From positions 12,014-76,013 of the forward strand of contig JAKAGU010000003.1 in assembly GCA_021825655.1 (NCBI GenBank): 64,000 nt of DNA. The letters are read 5' to 3'. Origin of the DNA: a bacterium (GTDB lineage Bacteria > Patescibacteriota > Doudnabacteria > UBA920). How positions within the stretch are numbered: position 1 is the stretch's first letter; every line of letters starts with the position of its first letter. Both the position numbers and the translations under genes were made by a program. The notes under the pieces were generated by a model that did no database searches, had not been told where the DNA came from, and worked only from the letters and a program-made list of their open reading frames with translations. Of the stretch, positions 11,806 to 21,824 are shown piece after piece.

Positions 11806-13149
11806 ATGCTCGATATTAAATTTATTCGCGAAAATGCCGACAAGGTAAAAAAAGCGGTCCAGGATAAAAACATCAACCTCGATGTGGACCAACTGCTTGA
11901 TTTAGACGCACAGCGGCGCGCTTTAACCACGGAAAGCGAAAGCCTGCAGGCAACCAAAAACCAGGTATCAAAAGAAATCCCGAAGCTCTCCGCAGAAGAC
12001 AAAAAAATCAAATTGCTGGAAATGAAAGAGGTGGACCTGAGAGCGAATGAACTCAAGGAGAAACTGCGTGCTGTACTGGTCAAATACGAAGAACTGATGT
12101 ATTTAGTACCGAACATTCCCAGCCCGGAAACCCCAATCGGCAAAGACGACAGCGGCAATGTGCCCTGGAGCTACTGGTCGCCGGCTTTGGGCCATGTCGA
12201 CCCCAAGGAAACGGAGAAAGTAAAGAGTATCCCCACCAAATTTGACTTTGAAGTTAAAGACCATATGACTCTGGCCAAAGCCCTCGACCTTCTGGACACA
12301 GAAGCGGGTGTAAAAACCGCGGGCTTTCGCGGATATTACCTGAAAAACGAGGCTGTGCTCATGCACTACGGCATTCTTTGGCATGCGCTGAAAAAAATGC
12401 AGGAAAAAGGTTTTGCCCTTATGGCTCCACCGGTACTAGGCCGGTCGTTTGCCTTTTACGGCAGCGGGCATTTTCCGTTCGGCCGCGCCGACCAGTACCA
12501 AGTAATGACCGAGGAAGATTTGCAAAAAGGGATTACGGAACCCGTTTACCTTTCCGGCACATCCGAACCCAACCTGCTTGCGTACGTTGCTGACAAAACT
12601 TTCGAAGAATCGGAGCTGCCGGTAAAGATGTGCGGCATTTCCAGCTGCTTTAGGGGAGAAATCGGGAGCTACGGCAAAGACACGAAGGGCATATATCGCG
12701 TGCATGAATTCATGAAAGTTGAGCAGGTAATCGTCTGCAAAGCCGACGTAATTGAAGGCGACAAGTGGCTGGAAGCTTTGCGCGAAATCGCCCAAGAAAT
12801 GCTGATGGACTTAAAATTGCCCCACCGCGTACTCAACATCTGCACGGGCGATATGGGCGCGGGCAAATATAAAATGTACGACATTGAAACCTGGATGCCT
12901 TCCAGGCAAAACTACGGGGAGACCCACTCCGATTCCAACCTGACCGACTGGCAGGCGCGGCGTTTGAACATCAAATACAAGGGCAGTGACGGCAAAACCA
13001 AGTTCGCCTACACCCTCAACAATACGGTTATTGCCAGCCCCCGCATCCTCATTGCCATTCTGGAGAACTACCAGCAAAAAGACGGCAGCATTTTAGTCCC
13101 TGACATTCTGAAACCTTACATAGGCAAGGACGTAATTTTGGCAAAATAG
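11806..13149 (+). CDS. serS: seryl-tRNA synthetase
   Basis: MLDIKFIREN start at 11806; GTSE, CFRGE.GSYGKD, RVHEF.KVEQ, DWQARRLNI, TLNNT. Confidence 0.96.
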   Translation: MLDIKFIRENADKVKKAVQDKNINLDVDQLLDLDAQRRALTTESESLQATKNQVSKEIPKLSAEDKKIKLLEMKEVDLRANELKEKLRAVLVKYEELMYLVPNIPSPETPIGKDDSGNVPWSYWSPALGHVDPKETEKVKSIPTKFDFEVKDHMTLAKALDLLDTEAGVKTAGFRGYYLKNEAVLMHYGILWHALKKMQEKGFALMAPPVLGRSFAFYGSGHFPFGRADQYQVMTEEDLQKGITEPVYLSGTSEPNLLAYVADKTFEESELPVKMCGISSCFRGEIGSYGKDTKGIYRVHEFMKVEQVIVCKADVIEGDKWLEALREIAQEMLMDLKLPHRVLNICTGDMGAGKYKMYDIETWMPSRQNYGETHSDSNLTDWQARRLNIKYKGSDGKTKFAYTLNNTVIASPRILIAILENYQQKDGSILVPDILKPYIGKDVILAK

Positions 13150-13152
13150 CCG

Positions 13153-14124
13153 ATGTTTGAATCCGGACGAAAAAAAATTAAGTACCGCAACCTGCATTTC
13201 AAACGGGAGCTGGAAAAAGCCCGGCAGTATAAGCGTCCGGCCCGCCAGCTGCCGGAAACCAAGACCGCCGTTTTCTTGGAAAAAATCGGCCTGGGCAGCA
13301 GGCTGTCCAAATTCTTCACGCTGCTGGCTTTTTGCCTGCTCGTTTACCTGGTTTTCATTCCCAACTTTTTATTTATCAAGTCCGTACAGATTACCGGGGA
13401 CAGCCTGGTGCACAAACAGCAGCATGAAGATATTGTGGCTTCGTTCTTAAATTCCAGCAGGGCTTGGCCGCAAAAAAACCTGCTGCTTTTGAGCAGCGGC
13501 AAATTAAAACAGGACCTGGCCAAAGACCCCTGGGTTATTTCCGTAGATTCGGTAGAAAAAGTCTGGCCCAACCGGCTGGCTATCCGGCTAACCGAGCGGC
13601 GCGAATTCGCCTTAGTGGAAACCAAAGATGCCAAGATGGTTTTTTCCAACGACGGGCGCTATTTGAGCACACTTACCGGCAGCACCACGCCGGACAACAC
13701 CCTGGTCGTACTCAAAACTTCGGAAGACCTTAGCCAAGATAAACCGCTGCCCTCGGCCAGCCTGGAGCTAATCAGAACCCTGCAGCAAAAAATCCCCGAA
13801 ATTTGTCATTCCACAGTTTCCGCTTACGATATTTACCCTTCAACCAACCCTGACGTGGAAGCCGAAACTGCGGCAGGCTATAAACTTATTTTTGACACCA
13901 GCAACGACAGCACAGAAGTCCTGGACAACCTCTCGGTCTTAATCGACAAGCTGTCACAGGACGAAAAAAACCGTCTTTTTTACATAGACTTAAGAATTAA
14001 AAACAAAGCTTACGTTTGTTTCAAGGGCACCAGCTGCACCACAGACACGGTGTTTCAAAACCCTTTTGTAACAGGGCAGAACGCAAGCACCAGCGCTTCA
14101 TCAACGCTCCCAACACCTCAATGA
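13153..14124 (+). CDS. FtsQ/DivIB-like cell division protein (TM + POTRA)
   Basis: Basic N-terminus, single TM, IKSVQITG, VSVEKVWPNRL.I.LTER-type POTRA segment and C-terminal YIDLR. Confidence 0.75.
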   Translation: MFESGRKKIKYRNLHFKRELEKARQYKRPARQLPETKTAVFLEKIGLGSRLSKFFTLLAFCLLVYLVFIPNFLFIKSVQITGDSLVHKQQHEDIVASFLNSSRAWPQKNLLLLSSGKLKQDLAKDPWVISVDSVEKVWPNRLAIRLTERREFALVETKDAKMVFSNDGRYLSTLTGSTTPDNTLVVLKTSEDLSQDKPLPSASLELIRTLQQKIPEICHSTVSAYDIYPSTNPDVEAETAAGYKLIFDTSNDSTEVLDNLSVLIDKLSQDEKNRLFYIDLRIKNKAYVCFKGTSCTTDTVFQNPFVTGQNASTSASSTLPTPQ

Positions 14125-14801
14125 AAAAACTTTCGGTAATCTCACTTGGCGGTTCGCTCATTTTTCCAGGAAAGATCAACACGGCCTTTCTAAAAAACTT
14201 CAGGCGGCTGATTTTAGAACGGATAAAAAAAGGCGAGCGGTTTATTATCATCACGGGTGGAGGGCAGCTCTGCCGGGAATATAACTCCGCCCTGGAAACA
14301 GTCGGCCGGCCCAGCCCCGCAGACCTGGACTGGATGGGCATAAATGTGACCTGGACCAACGCCAAGCTGATTCAACTAATGTTCGGAAAAAACGCGCATC
14401 CGGAAGTGGCCACAAACCCAGAACAGCCAATAGCATTTAAACGGCCCATTTTAGTGGGCGGCGGCTGGAAGCCGGGCAGAAGCTCCGACGGGGCCACGGT
14501 CAAATATGCCCAAACGTACGGGGCGCAGTCGGTTATTAACCTCAGTAATATAGACTTTGTTTACGAGCAAGATCCGAAAAAATTCCCAGGCGCAAAAAAA
14601 ATTGAAAGCATTTCCTGGAAAAATTTCCGCAAAATAGTCGGGAATAAATGGGATCCGGGCGCAAACCTGCCCTTTGACCCCACGGCTGCCAAATTTGCCG
14701 AAGCACACAGGCTGAAAGTTATCATCACCCGTGGCACGGATATAAAAAATTTGCGTAGCCTGTTGGCCGGCCGGCCGGCCAAAGGCACAACCATTTCCTA
14801 G
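14121..14801 (+). CDS. pyrH: UMP kinase (archaeal-type)
   Basis: VISLGGS, ITGGG, DWMGI, GGWKPGRSSD, NIDFVY..DPKK, PFDPTA; ATG at 14121 overlaps the upstream stop. Confidence 0.9.
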   Translation: MKKLSVISLGGSLIFPGKINTAFLKNFRRLILERIKKGERFIIITGGGQLCREYNSALETVGRPSPADLDWMGINVTWTNAKLIQLMFGKNAHPEVATNPEQPIAFKRPILVGGGWKPGRSSDGATVKYAQTYGAQSVINLSNIDFVYEQDPKKFPGAKKIESISWKNFRKIVGNKWDPGANLPFDPTAAKFAEAHRLKVIITRGTDIKNLRSLLAGRPAKGTTIS

Positions 14802-14807
14802 CTTTCA

Positions 14808-14843
14808 AAAAAAACCGGACTTCGGGCGAAGTCCGGTTTTTTT
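14808..14843. terminator. bidirectional intrinsic terminator
   Basis: A-tract, CCGGACTTCG / CGAAGTCCGG stem and T-tract between convergent genes. Confidence 0.85.
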
Positions 14844-14851
14844 TGTTTTAC

Positions 14852-16450
14852 TTACTGCACCTTGTATTCAGTCACAACAATCCAAGTGCCCACATAGGGC
14901 CTAACCTCGGCAAAACCTTTTTCGTCCAGCTTGACCCAGTTCTTCGGCGTTTCGGGCTTGCTAGAACCGAATCCGTTTGTCCACAGCAGCCAGACCAGGT
15001 CGCCGCGCTTGACCTGGGTATTAAAGTCCGGCAGCAGGTCTTGGTTGGTCAAAATTGCCGTACCGGCAAAGTGCGGCAAGTCACTGACCTCACGGCTGCC
15101 GCCGGTGTAGAGCAGGGGCCTGACCGGCGTTTGGTTGTAATACTTAAAATTGAAAAATTCAAAGCTAGTACCCACATATAGCTTGTCTTCGGGCTGTACG
15201 TTGGCATCCAAAAATTTGGCGGCCGCAGCCATTCCCGGCTTGGTCTGCACGCCCAAATCCTGCCAGTACACGTACACCCCAATAAGATTAAAGGTTACGC
15301 AGGCACCAAAAAGGAGATAGGCGATTTTTTTATACCGTAGCTGGCCAAGCCATGCAGCCAGAGCGATATTCAAAAATGCAGCGGTGAAAATAAAGTATCT
15401 GACCAAATATACGGACGAACTGCTGCCTTTCAGCCGGGCCAAAATGTAAAACAGGAAAGAGCCGCCGAACGGCGCCAAAATTGCCAGAATTACCAGCCAT
15501 TTTTCAAAAACTTGGGTTTTTCTGAGGAACCGGTACAGAAAATATAGGGCAAACACAAAAGTTACCGCCAGTAAAATCTGGGTTTTAAATTTTGCCGGAT
15601 CATGGCCGATGCCGAATAGCAAAGTCCAAAGCGTAGAGGGAATACTCCACCGGTCCACGGGAGGTATCCAGTATCCGGCATCCACCTGCCGGTACTGGAA
15701 CAAAAAAGTCTTGAGCCAGGGCAAAAAAGAAAGGGCGATCAGCAAAAAAGACAGCAACAGCCAGCTATATTTTTTAATGCTGCCCTCATGGTGGAAAAAC
15801 AAATAAACCAACCCGTAAAAGCAGATTGCAGTAGCCGTAAACAGCAGGTAATAGTGGGTATAAATTAGAACGACCGTACTTAAAACAAAACCCAAATAAT
15901 TCCAAAGCATGCTCCGCTTCAAAGCAATTTCCTGGGGCAGGCGGGGCATGGCCAATTTACTGGTTCCGTACAGGTCTTTTTGGCGGTGGAGAGCCTTGGT
16001 CAAAAAGTAAGCCGAGAGTACGGCAAAAAATGCGCCCATGGTATACATCCTGGCCTCTGTAACATATTGGACGGAAAAAGGATTGACAGCTGCCAAAAGC
16101 CCGGCCCACAGGGCCAGCTTTTCGCTCTTAAAGGCTTCCCGAACGAACAGCCATACTGCCCACACCGTAAGGACGCCGAAGAGGACTGACATGCCGCGCA
16201 AAGAAAGCAGCGAATCCCCGAAGACATAATGCCACAGGCGCAAAAAAACGTAATACATAGGCGGATGCACATCCAGGCCGATGCGGTACATCATTTCCTT
16301 CCATGGGTAGCGGATGAGCAGGGCGGAAAAAGCCTCGTCGTGCCAAAGCGAAATGGCCGTTAAATTCCAAAATCTTAATGCGGCGGCCAGCGCCAGAATT
16401 CCGGCAATAGGCCAATACCTTTTTATGTGCATAGAAAACTTATTTTTCAC
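14852..16450 (-). CDS. GT-C polytopic membrane glycosyltransferase (PMT/ArnT-like, GT39/GT83)
   Basis: ALRF...SLWHDE, HPPMY, LRGMS, EARMY, THYY and many TM helices. Confidence 0.85.
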   Translation of the reverse strand: MKNKFSMHIKRYWPIAGILALAAALRFWNLTAISLWHDEAFSALLIRYPWKEMMYRIGLDVHPPMYYVFLRLWHYVFGDSLLSLRGMSVLFGVLTVWAVWLFVREAFKSEKLALWAGLLAAVNPFSVQYVTEARMYTMGAFFAVLSAYFLTKALHRQKDLYGTSKLAMPRLPQEIALKRSMLWNYLGFVLSTVVLIYTHYYLLFTATAICFYGLVYLFFHHEGSIKKYSWLLLSFLLIALSFLPWLKTFLFQYRQVDAGYWIPPVDRWSIPSTLWTLLFGIGHDPAKFKTQILLAVTFVFALYFLYRFLRKTQVFEKWLVILAILAPFGGSFLFYILARLKGSSSSVYLVRYFIFTAAFLNIALAAWLGQLRYKKIAYLLFGACVTFNLIGVYVYWQDLGVQTKPGMAAAAKFLDANVQPEDKLYVGTSFEFFNFKYYNQTPVRPLLYTGGSREVSDLPHFAGTAILTNQDLLPDFNTQVKRGDLVWLLWTNGFGSSKPETPKNWVKLDEKGFAEVRPYVGTWIVVTEYKVQ

Positions 16451-16455
16451 TTTAA

Positions 16456-18273
16456 TTATTTAACTTCGTATACGGCCATGGCTGCCTGGCCGAACTGGTT
16501 GCGTACCTCCAGAACAAGTTTGGTTTCCGGATGGTATGCTTTAAATTTTTTAATGTCAAAAATCGAACTCTGGGTAAACACAATCTGGTCGCCGGCTTTC
16601 AGGCCTTTGAGCTCCCAGGAATTTTCAGGATCCACCTGCATATAAGGCACGCTGCATGGGCTGTCAAAGTTACCCTTAGGGTCGCTGGTAATATAATCCG
16701 TGGTCTGTACAGAAAATTTATCCAGTACCAAATAAGTGGAATCTTTTTTGCAGCGCTCCACCAGGTATTTACCCACGGGGCTCAGATCGGAACGGAAGGC
16801 ATAAAAATTTTCCGGGCTGTTTGCGGCATATACAAAATAAGCAAAATAGGCTTGCAAAACCAGAGCGGCAAAAAACAAGGCCACAACCGCCTTAAGCAGC
16901 CTGCTGTTAAACTGATAAAAGCGCTGCTGGCCGGAAACCGGCTTGTTCCAATCCCAGACCGAGCCTGATCCCAATTTTTTTTGCCATAATTTTTCCCTGA
17001 AACTCATAGCGCCTTCAGCAAACCACATCAGGCCCAACGCGGTTAAGATGAACACCGGGGGGATAACGCCAATACCCCTCAAGCCGTGCGGTATGCCTTC
17101 TGCCGTACTGACAACAGGTAGGAGTAAGCCAAAAAACCAGCCAATAAGCAAATAGTATGTCCAGTAACGGCTTCTTTTGGCCGGAGCAAAGAAATACGCT
17201 ATGGCAAAAAACAAAGCTGCCAGCAAAGCCACGGCAAAAAACGGGCTGATGAGGGGGGAAAGGAAGGGGTAGCCGGAAACATTCTGCCGCCAATTCAAGT
17301 CGCCCTGGAAGAAAAAGCCCAGCATCTGGGTTTTAAAAACCTCGCCCATCACGGAACCGACCACGGAAAGGGGAGGCTTGCTGGTCAACTGCACGCCGTT
17401 AACCGTATACAACTCCTGGTTAAAGATGCTCACCTGGCCGGCCCGGCCCAGAAAAGAGCCCGGGTGCTGGTAAAAATACTTGCCAATGGGGTAGAAAAAT
17501 ATCACGAAAGCCACCAGAAATGAAACAGCAGGCCAAAAATATGTTTTTACTTCAGCCTTAAGGATTTTTTGTTTCAGCGCACCCAAAAGCGGCCACAGCA
17601 GCACCATAAACAAAATCGGCGCCATAATCCTGAAAGCGATGTAAGTATAAAAACCTAAAGCAAAACTAGCTCCGGTCAAAAAGCTATACAACAATTTTTT
17701 CTTGTTGATGGCTGCGGTATAGGTACAAAGCAAAAAATAAAAGGTCAAAGAAGCAAACAGGGGGATAAGGATTGCGCGGAAAGCGGTCCGGGAAAGCACA
17801 ATATGCCAGGAATTTACAGCCATCAGGAAAGTGGCCAGCAGGGCAATGTTCACGGCCCGGCGCTTGCCGGATTCGTCTTCCGGATCCAAGGTAAAACTCA
17901 AAAGTTTTTTGGTCACCAAGAAACACATAAGCACGGACAAAAGACCCACCAGCGCCGACACCAAATGGTGTTGCCAAGCGCCCTTGCCAAACAGTTCAAC
18001 GCCGCCCCAAAGCATATAGAAGAAAAGCGCCTCGCGACCATTACCGCGCTCGTAAAAAGGCTGAAGCACGCCTTTTTGCATTAAGTTAACATCCAAACCA
18101 TTGGCGGCTTCATCGGGAAACAAGCCGCCGGGCATACCCGGCTGCAGGTTCTCTACCTTAAAGTCCTTAATTGAGCACTGGCTGCCGCAATCCCAATGAA
18201 AGAGCAGGTAAAACCTAAAAAAAGCAGCCAGGATTAAAATTATAGCCAGCAGATATTTTTGGTTTCGGGTCAT
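16456..18273 (-). CDS. GT-C polytopic membrane glycosyltransferase (PMT/ArnT-like)
   Basis: FFRFY...PGGLFPDEA, WHIVLSRTAFR, LGFYTYIA, PHGLR. Confidence 0.85.
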   Translation of the reverse strand: MTRNQKYLLAIILILAAFFRFYLLFHWDCGSQCSIKDFKVENLQPGMPGGLFPDEAANGLDVNLMQKGVLQPFYERGNGREALFFYMLWGGVELFGKGAWQHHLVSALVGLLSVLMCFLVTKKLLSFTLDPEDESGKRRAVNIALLATFLMAVNSWHIVLSRTAFRAILIPLFASLTFYFLLCTYTAAINKKKLLYSFLTGASFALGFYTYIAFRIMAPILFMVLLWPLLGALKQKILKAEVKTYFWPAVSFLVAFVIFFYPIGKYFYQHPGSFLGRAGQVSIFNQELYTVNGVQLTSKPPLSVVGSVMGEVFKTQMLGFFFQGDLNWRQNVSGYPFLSPLISPFFAVALLAALFFAIAYFFAPAKRSRYWTYYLLIGWFFGLLLPVVSTAEGIPHGLRGIGVIPPVFILTALGLMWFAEGAMSFREKLWQKKLGSGSVWDWNKPVSGQQRFYQFNSRLLKAVVALFFAALVLQAYFAYFVYAANSPENFYAFRSDLSPVGKYLVERCKKDSTYLVLDKFSVQTTDYITSDPKGNFDSPCSVPYMQVDPENSWELKGLKAGDQIVFTQSSIFDIKKFKAYHPETKLVLEVRNQFGQAAMAVYEVK

Positions 18274-18319
18274 AGTTTTTGTGTTTGCTTTATGGCAGCA
18301 ATTTCAGTATAATTTATGC

Positions 18320-18667
18320 ATGAAATTGCTTGCCAAAGTTGAAGAAAATAATTATTTTTTGTTTCTTTGGGCCTTGTGCCTGATTTTTAATATTATAACA
18401 TTTTTATTCATTTACTACAAAATCCTGCCTTCCGGCAACACCTTTGCCTTAAAATACAACGTGATTACCGGGGTAGAATGGTATGGCAAGGGCTACAACC
18501 TTTACCAGATTCCGCTGGTCGGTTTGGCCATCCTGGGTTTGAATTATCTGCTTAGCCGCTTGCTCAGACATCGGGCGGACTTTCTGGCAGCCATGGCTAT
18601 TTTCGTCACTCTGGTCGTACAGCTGCTGCTATTGGCCGCAGCCTTGTTTTTAAAAACCGTTAACTAA
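18320..18667 (+). CDS. hypothetical 3-TM membrane protein
   Basis: Hydrophobic ORF with LKYNVITGVEWYG; TTGCTT-N17-TATAAT lies 6 nt before ATG 18320. Confidence 0.7.
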   Translation: MKLLAKVEENNYFLFLWALCLIFNIITFLFIYYKILPSGNTFALKYNVITGVEWYGKGYNLYQIPLVGLAILGLNYLLSRLLRHRADFLAAMAIFVTLVVQLLLLAAALFLKTVN

Positions 18668-20334
18668 TGTTCAGAAAACGCACTCTTACTGAAAGGTTTT
18701 GGGAAATCCAGCCAGGGCTCCACTTCTGGACCGTGTTTATTTTGGCGGTTACCCTGTCCTATTTGCAGCCGGTTTGGGCTGCGCTTTTCATTGTATGTTT
18801 TGACCTGTACTGGGTACTGAAGGCTTTGAACGTGGCCAGCCACCTAATGTCCAGTTATTTGAAATTTAAATTTTTTGTCACCATTGACTGGCTGGACTGG
18901 ACCGAACGCCTTCAGGACTTGCCGGGCTTTATCGGGTTTCTCAAAGAACGTCGGACGAGTCCGGTCAGCCAGCGCGAAAAAAAATACTTGGAATGGGAAA
19001 TTACCCGCCTGAACCAGCTGGCCGAAAAAGGCAGGACTGCCTTGGATTACAAAAAATATTACCAGCTCGTGCTCATTCCTTTTGTGGACGAAAGCTTTGA
19101 AGTTTTGGACTCCACGCTGCACGCCATAACGGCCTCCAATTACCCCAAGGATAAAATGCTCCTGCTTTTGGCCAGCGAGGAACGGGCGGGCCAGGAAGCC
19201 AGGGCTGTTGCCAGCCGCATTAAGGAAAAATACCAGGGGGCGTTTTATAAGTTTTTTGTCACCGCTCACCCGGACGGCCTGGCGGGGGAGATAAAAGGCA
19301 AGAGCGCCAACGCCTCTTACGCCGTGCAGGCAATCCTGCCCGACCTGGCGGCTGCGGGCATTGGCGTAGAACAGGTTTTGGTTTCGAATTTTGATTCCGA
19401 CACCATTGTGCATCCCCAGTATTTTTCGCGCGTGGTCTACGAGTTCCTAACCGCGGATAAGCCTTACCAGAGCAGCTACCAGCCGATTGCGGTATACAAC
19501 AACAACATTTGGGACAGCCCCGCGCTCATCCGGGTAATTAGCGTTTCCAATTCTTTCTGGCAGTTCACCGAGAGCAGCCGGCCAGACCGCCTGAGGACTT
19601 TTTCTTCGCACAGCATGCCGCTAAAAACTTTGGTGGAAGTCGGCTTCTGGAAAAAAGACATTGTCAATGAAGACGGTTACATTTACTGGCAATGCTATAT
19701 GCATTTTAAGGGCGATTACCATGTCGTGCCGCTTTTCGTACCCATTAGCCTGGACACCTGCCTAGCGGCCTCAACCTGGGAAACCATCAAAAACCAGTAC
19801 AAGCAAAAACGGCGCTGGGCCTACAACGTGGAATATTACCCGCATTTGGTGCCCAAACTTTTAACCCTGGACGCACCCCTCTGGGACCGGCTCTATAAAC
19901 TTTTCCAGTACGTGGAAGGCAATTTCAACTGGGCTACGGCCAGCATTATGATTTCCATGCTCGGCTGGCTGCCGCTGTTCGTCGGCGGCGACGATTTTTA
20001 TACCACAGTGGTGGCGTTCAACCTGCCCTTCATCACCAAGGTGCTGATGAACACCGCGCTCTTCTTTTTGATTTTCAGCGTATACATAAATATGATTCTT
20101 CTGCCGCCCCGACCGGCTAAATACGGCGCCACACGCAGCGTCATGATGTACCTGCAGTGGTTTTTAGTGCCTATCGCTTCGGTAATTTTTGGCAGCTTGC
20201 CGGCCGTGGAAGCCCAGACCCGCCTCCTGTTCGGAAAATACCTGGAATTCTGGGTCACGCCCAAAGCCCGCCTGGGCGAAAACACCGGCCTGTCCATGAA
20301 AGAAATGCAAGCCGTAAACACCCCCCGCAAATAA
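18667..20334 (+). CDS. membrane glycosyltransferase family 2 (processive-type)
   Basis: GKSAN, FDSD (DxD), NEDG and QKRRW (QxxRW) with flanking TM helices. Confidence 0.88.
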   Translation: MFRKRTLTERFWEIQPGLHFWTVFILAVTLSYLQPVWAALFIVCFDLYWVLKALNVASHLMSSYLKFKFFVTIDWLDWTERLQDLPGFIGFLKERRTSPVSQREKKYLEWEITRLNQLAEKGRTALDYKKYYQLVLIPFVDESFEVLDSTLHAITASNYPKDKMLLLLASEERAGQEARAVASRIKEKYQGAFYKFFVTAHPDGLAGEIKGKSANASYAVQAILPDLAAAGIGVEQVLVSNFDSDTIVHPQYFSRVVYEFLTADKPYQSSYQPIAVYNNNIWDSPALIRVISVSNSFWQFTESSRPDRLRTFSSHSMPLKTLVEVGFWKKDIVNEDGYIYWQCYMHFKGDYHVVPLFVPISLDTCLAASTWETIKNQYKQKRRWAYNVEYYPHLVPKLLTLDAPLWDRLYKLFQYVEGNFNWATASIMISMLGWLPLFVGGDDFYTTVVAFNLPFITKVLMNTALFFLIFSVYINMILLPPRPAKYGATRSVMMYLQWFLVPIASVIFGSLPAVEAQTRLLFGKYLEFWVTPKARLGENTGLSMKEMQAVNTPRK

Positions 20335-20335
20335 C

Positions 20336-21430
20336 ATGCCTTATTTTTTTTATTTTTTAGCCGCCACTCTGCTGTCCGCCCTGTTTACGCCTGTAGTCAA
20401 AAAGGCGGCCTTCCGTTTCCAAATTCTGGACATACCCAACAGCCCGAGAAAAATCCAAAAGCACCCCACGCCGCTTTTGGGCGGGGTGTCGGTCTTCTTG
20501 TCTTTTGTGCTTGTTACGGCTGGCTACCTGCTGTTGTCCCGGCCCGATTTTAATATTGTACCTTTCAAATTCTTCCTGGGCATTTTCAGCGGCGGACTTG
20601 TGCTGCTGGTAGGCGGGATTTTGGACGATAAATACAACCTGCCGCCCAGGGCTTTGTGGCTGTTCCCGGCCCTAGCCTCGCTGTGCGTTGTCGCCTCCGG
20701 CATTGGCGTGGGTATCACCACGCTTTCCAACCCTTTCGGCGGCACGCTCAACATTGGCCAGGTAATTTTTGGCATCAAGCTTTCTGCACTGATTATGTGG
20801 TTATGGATGATGGGCATGATATTCACCACCAAATTTTTGGACGGGCTGGACGGGCTCTGCTCCGGCATTGCGCTCATCGGCGGCCTGACCTTGTTCGCGC
20901 TGTCTTTGACCGAACACATCAACCAGCCCATCACGGCCAGCCTGGCCGTCATCTTTACGGGGGCAATTGCCGGATTTTTGCTCTACAACTTCCACCCGGC
21001 CAGTATTTTTCTGGGCGAATCAGGCAGCACGTTTTTGGGCTTTGGCTTGGGGGTTTTGGCCATCATCCTGGGCGGAAAAATCGCTACCGCGCTGCTGATT
21101 ATGGGCATCCCCATTTTAGACGTGGCTTGGGCTATTATGCGGCGGCTGTGGTACGGGCAAAGCCCATTTAAAGCGGACAAAAGCCACTTGCACCACCGCC
21201 TCCTGGATATTGGCCTGTCCCAGCGCCAAGCCGTGCTGGTGCTGTACGGCATTTCCGCAATTTTCGGGTTTACAGCCGTATTTCTGCAATCCATGGGCAA
21301 ACTGATCGCCCTGGGCGTGCTGTTCTGCGTCATGGTGGTCTTGGCCCTGGCTTTGGTTATGATTTACAAGCGCCAGCACCCCCATATTCCCGACCTGTTT
21401 GATAAGGTTGACGAAAAAGCCCAAAAATGA
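20336..21430 (+). CDS. WecA/TagO (GT4/MraY family) polyprenyl-phosphate sugar-1-phosphate transferase
   Basis: P.LGG, GILDD, FLDGLDGL, NFHPASIFLGESG, ADKSHLHHRL. Confidence 0.92.
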   Translation: MPYFFYFLAATLLSALFTPVVKKAAFRFQILDIPNSPRKIQKHPTPLLGGVSVFLSFVLVTAGYLLLSRPDFNIVPFKFFLGIFSGGLVLLVGGILDDKYNLPPRALWLFPALASLCVVASGIGVGITTLSNPFGGTLNIGQVIFGIKLSALIMWLWMMGMIFTTKFLDGLDGLCSGIALIGGLTLFALSLTEHINQPITASLAVIFTGAIAGFLLYNFHPASIFLGESGSTFLGFGLGVLAIILGGKIATALLIMGIPILDVAWAIMRRLWYGQSPFKADKSHLHHRLLDIGLSQRQAVLVLYGISAIFGFTAVFLQSMGKLIALGVLFCVMVVLALALVMIYKRQHPHIPDLFDKVDEKAQK

Positions 21431-21477
21431 TAGAATAGCAAAGTAATTTTTGAATCCTTAAACTTTCCCGTTAAACT

Positions 21478-21783
21478 ATGTTCGCAATCATTGAAACCGG
21501 CGGCAAGCAGTATCTGGTCAAAAAAGGCGAGAAGCTGCAAGTGGAGAAACTGGCAGGCGAAGCCGGCCAAACTTTGAAATTTGAAAAAGTGCTCTTTACC
21601 TCAGACGGCAAAACTTTTCAGCTGGGCAAGCCTTATGTCTCCGGCGCCAGCGTGGAAGCCAAGGTCTTAAAACAGGGCAAAGGCAGAAAAGTGGAAGTCC
21701 TGAAATACAAAGCCAAAAGCAAGTACCGCCGCAAGATTGGCCACCGCCAGCACTTTACCGAAATCCAAATCACCAAGATCTAA
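21478..21783 (+). CDS. rplU: 50S ribosomal protein L21
   Basis: MFAIIETGGKQY...GHRQ.FT. Confidence 0.97.
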   Translation: MFAIIETGGKQYLVKKGEKLQVEKLAGEAGQTLKFEKVLFTSDGKTFQLGKPYVSGASVEAKVLKQGKGRKVEVLKYKAKSKYRRKIGHRQHFTEIQITKI

Positions 21784-21786
21784 AAC

Positions 21787-21816
21787 AAAACCCCCGCTTG
21801 TACAGCGGGGGTTTTT
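21787..21816. terminator. bidirectional terminator between rplU and recR
   Basis: AAAACCCCCGCT / AGCGGGGGTTTT hairpin. Confidence 0.8.
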
Positions 21817-21824
21817 AGTTGGCT

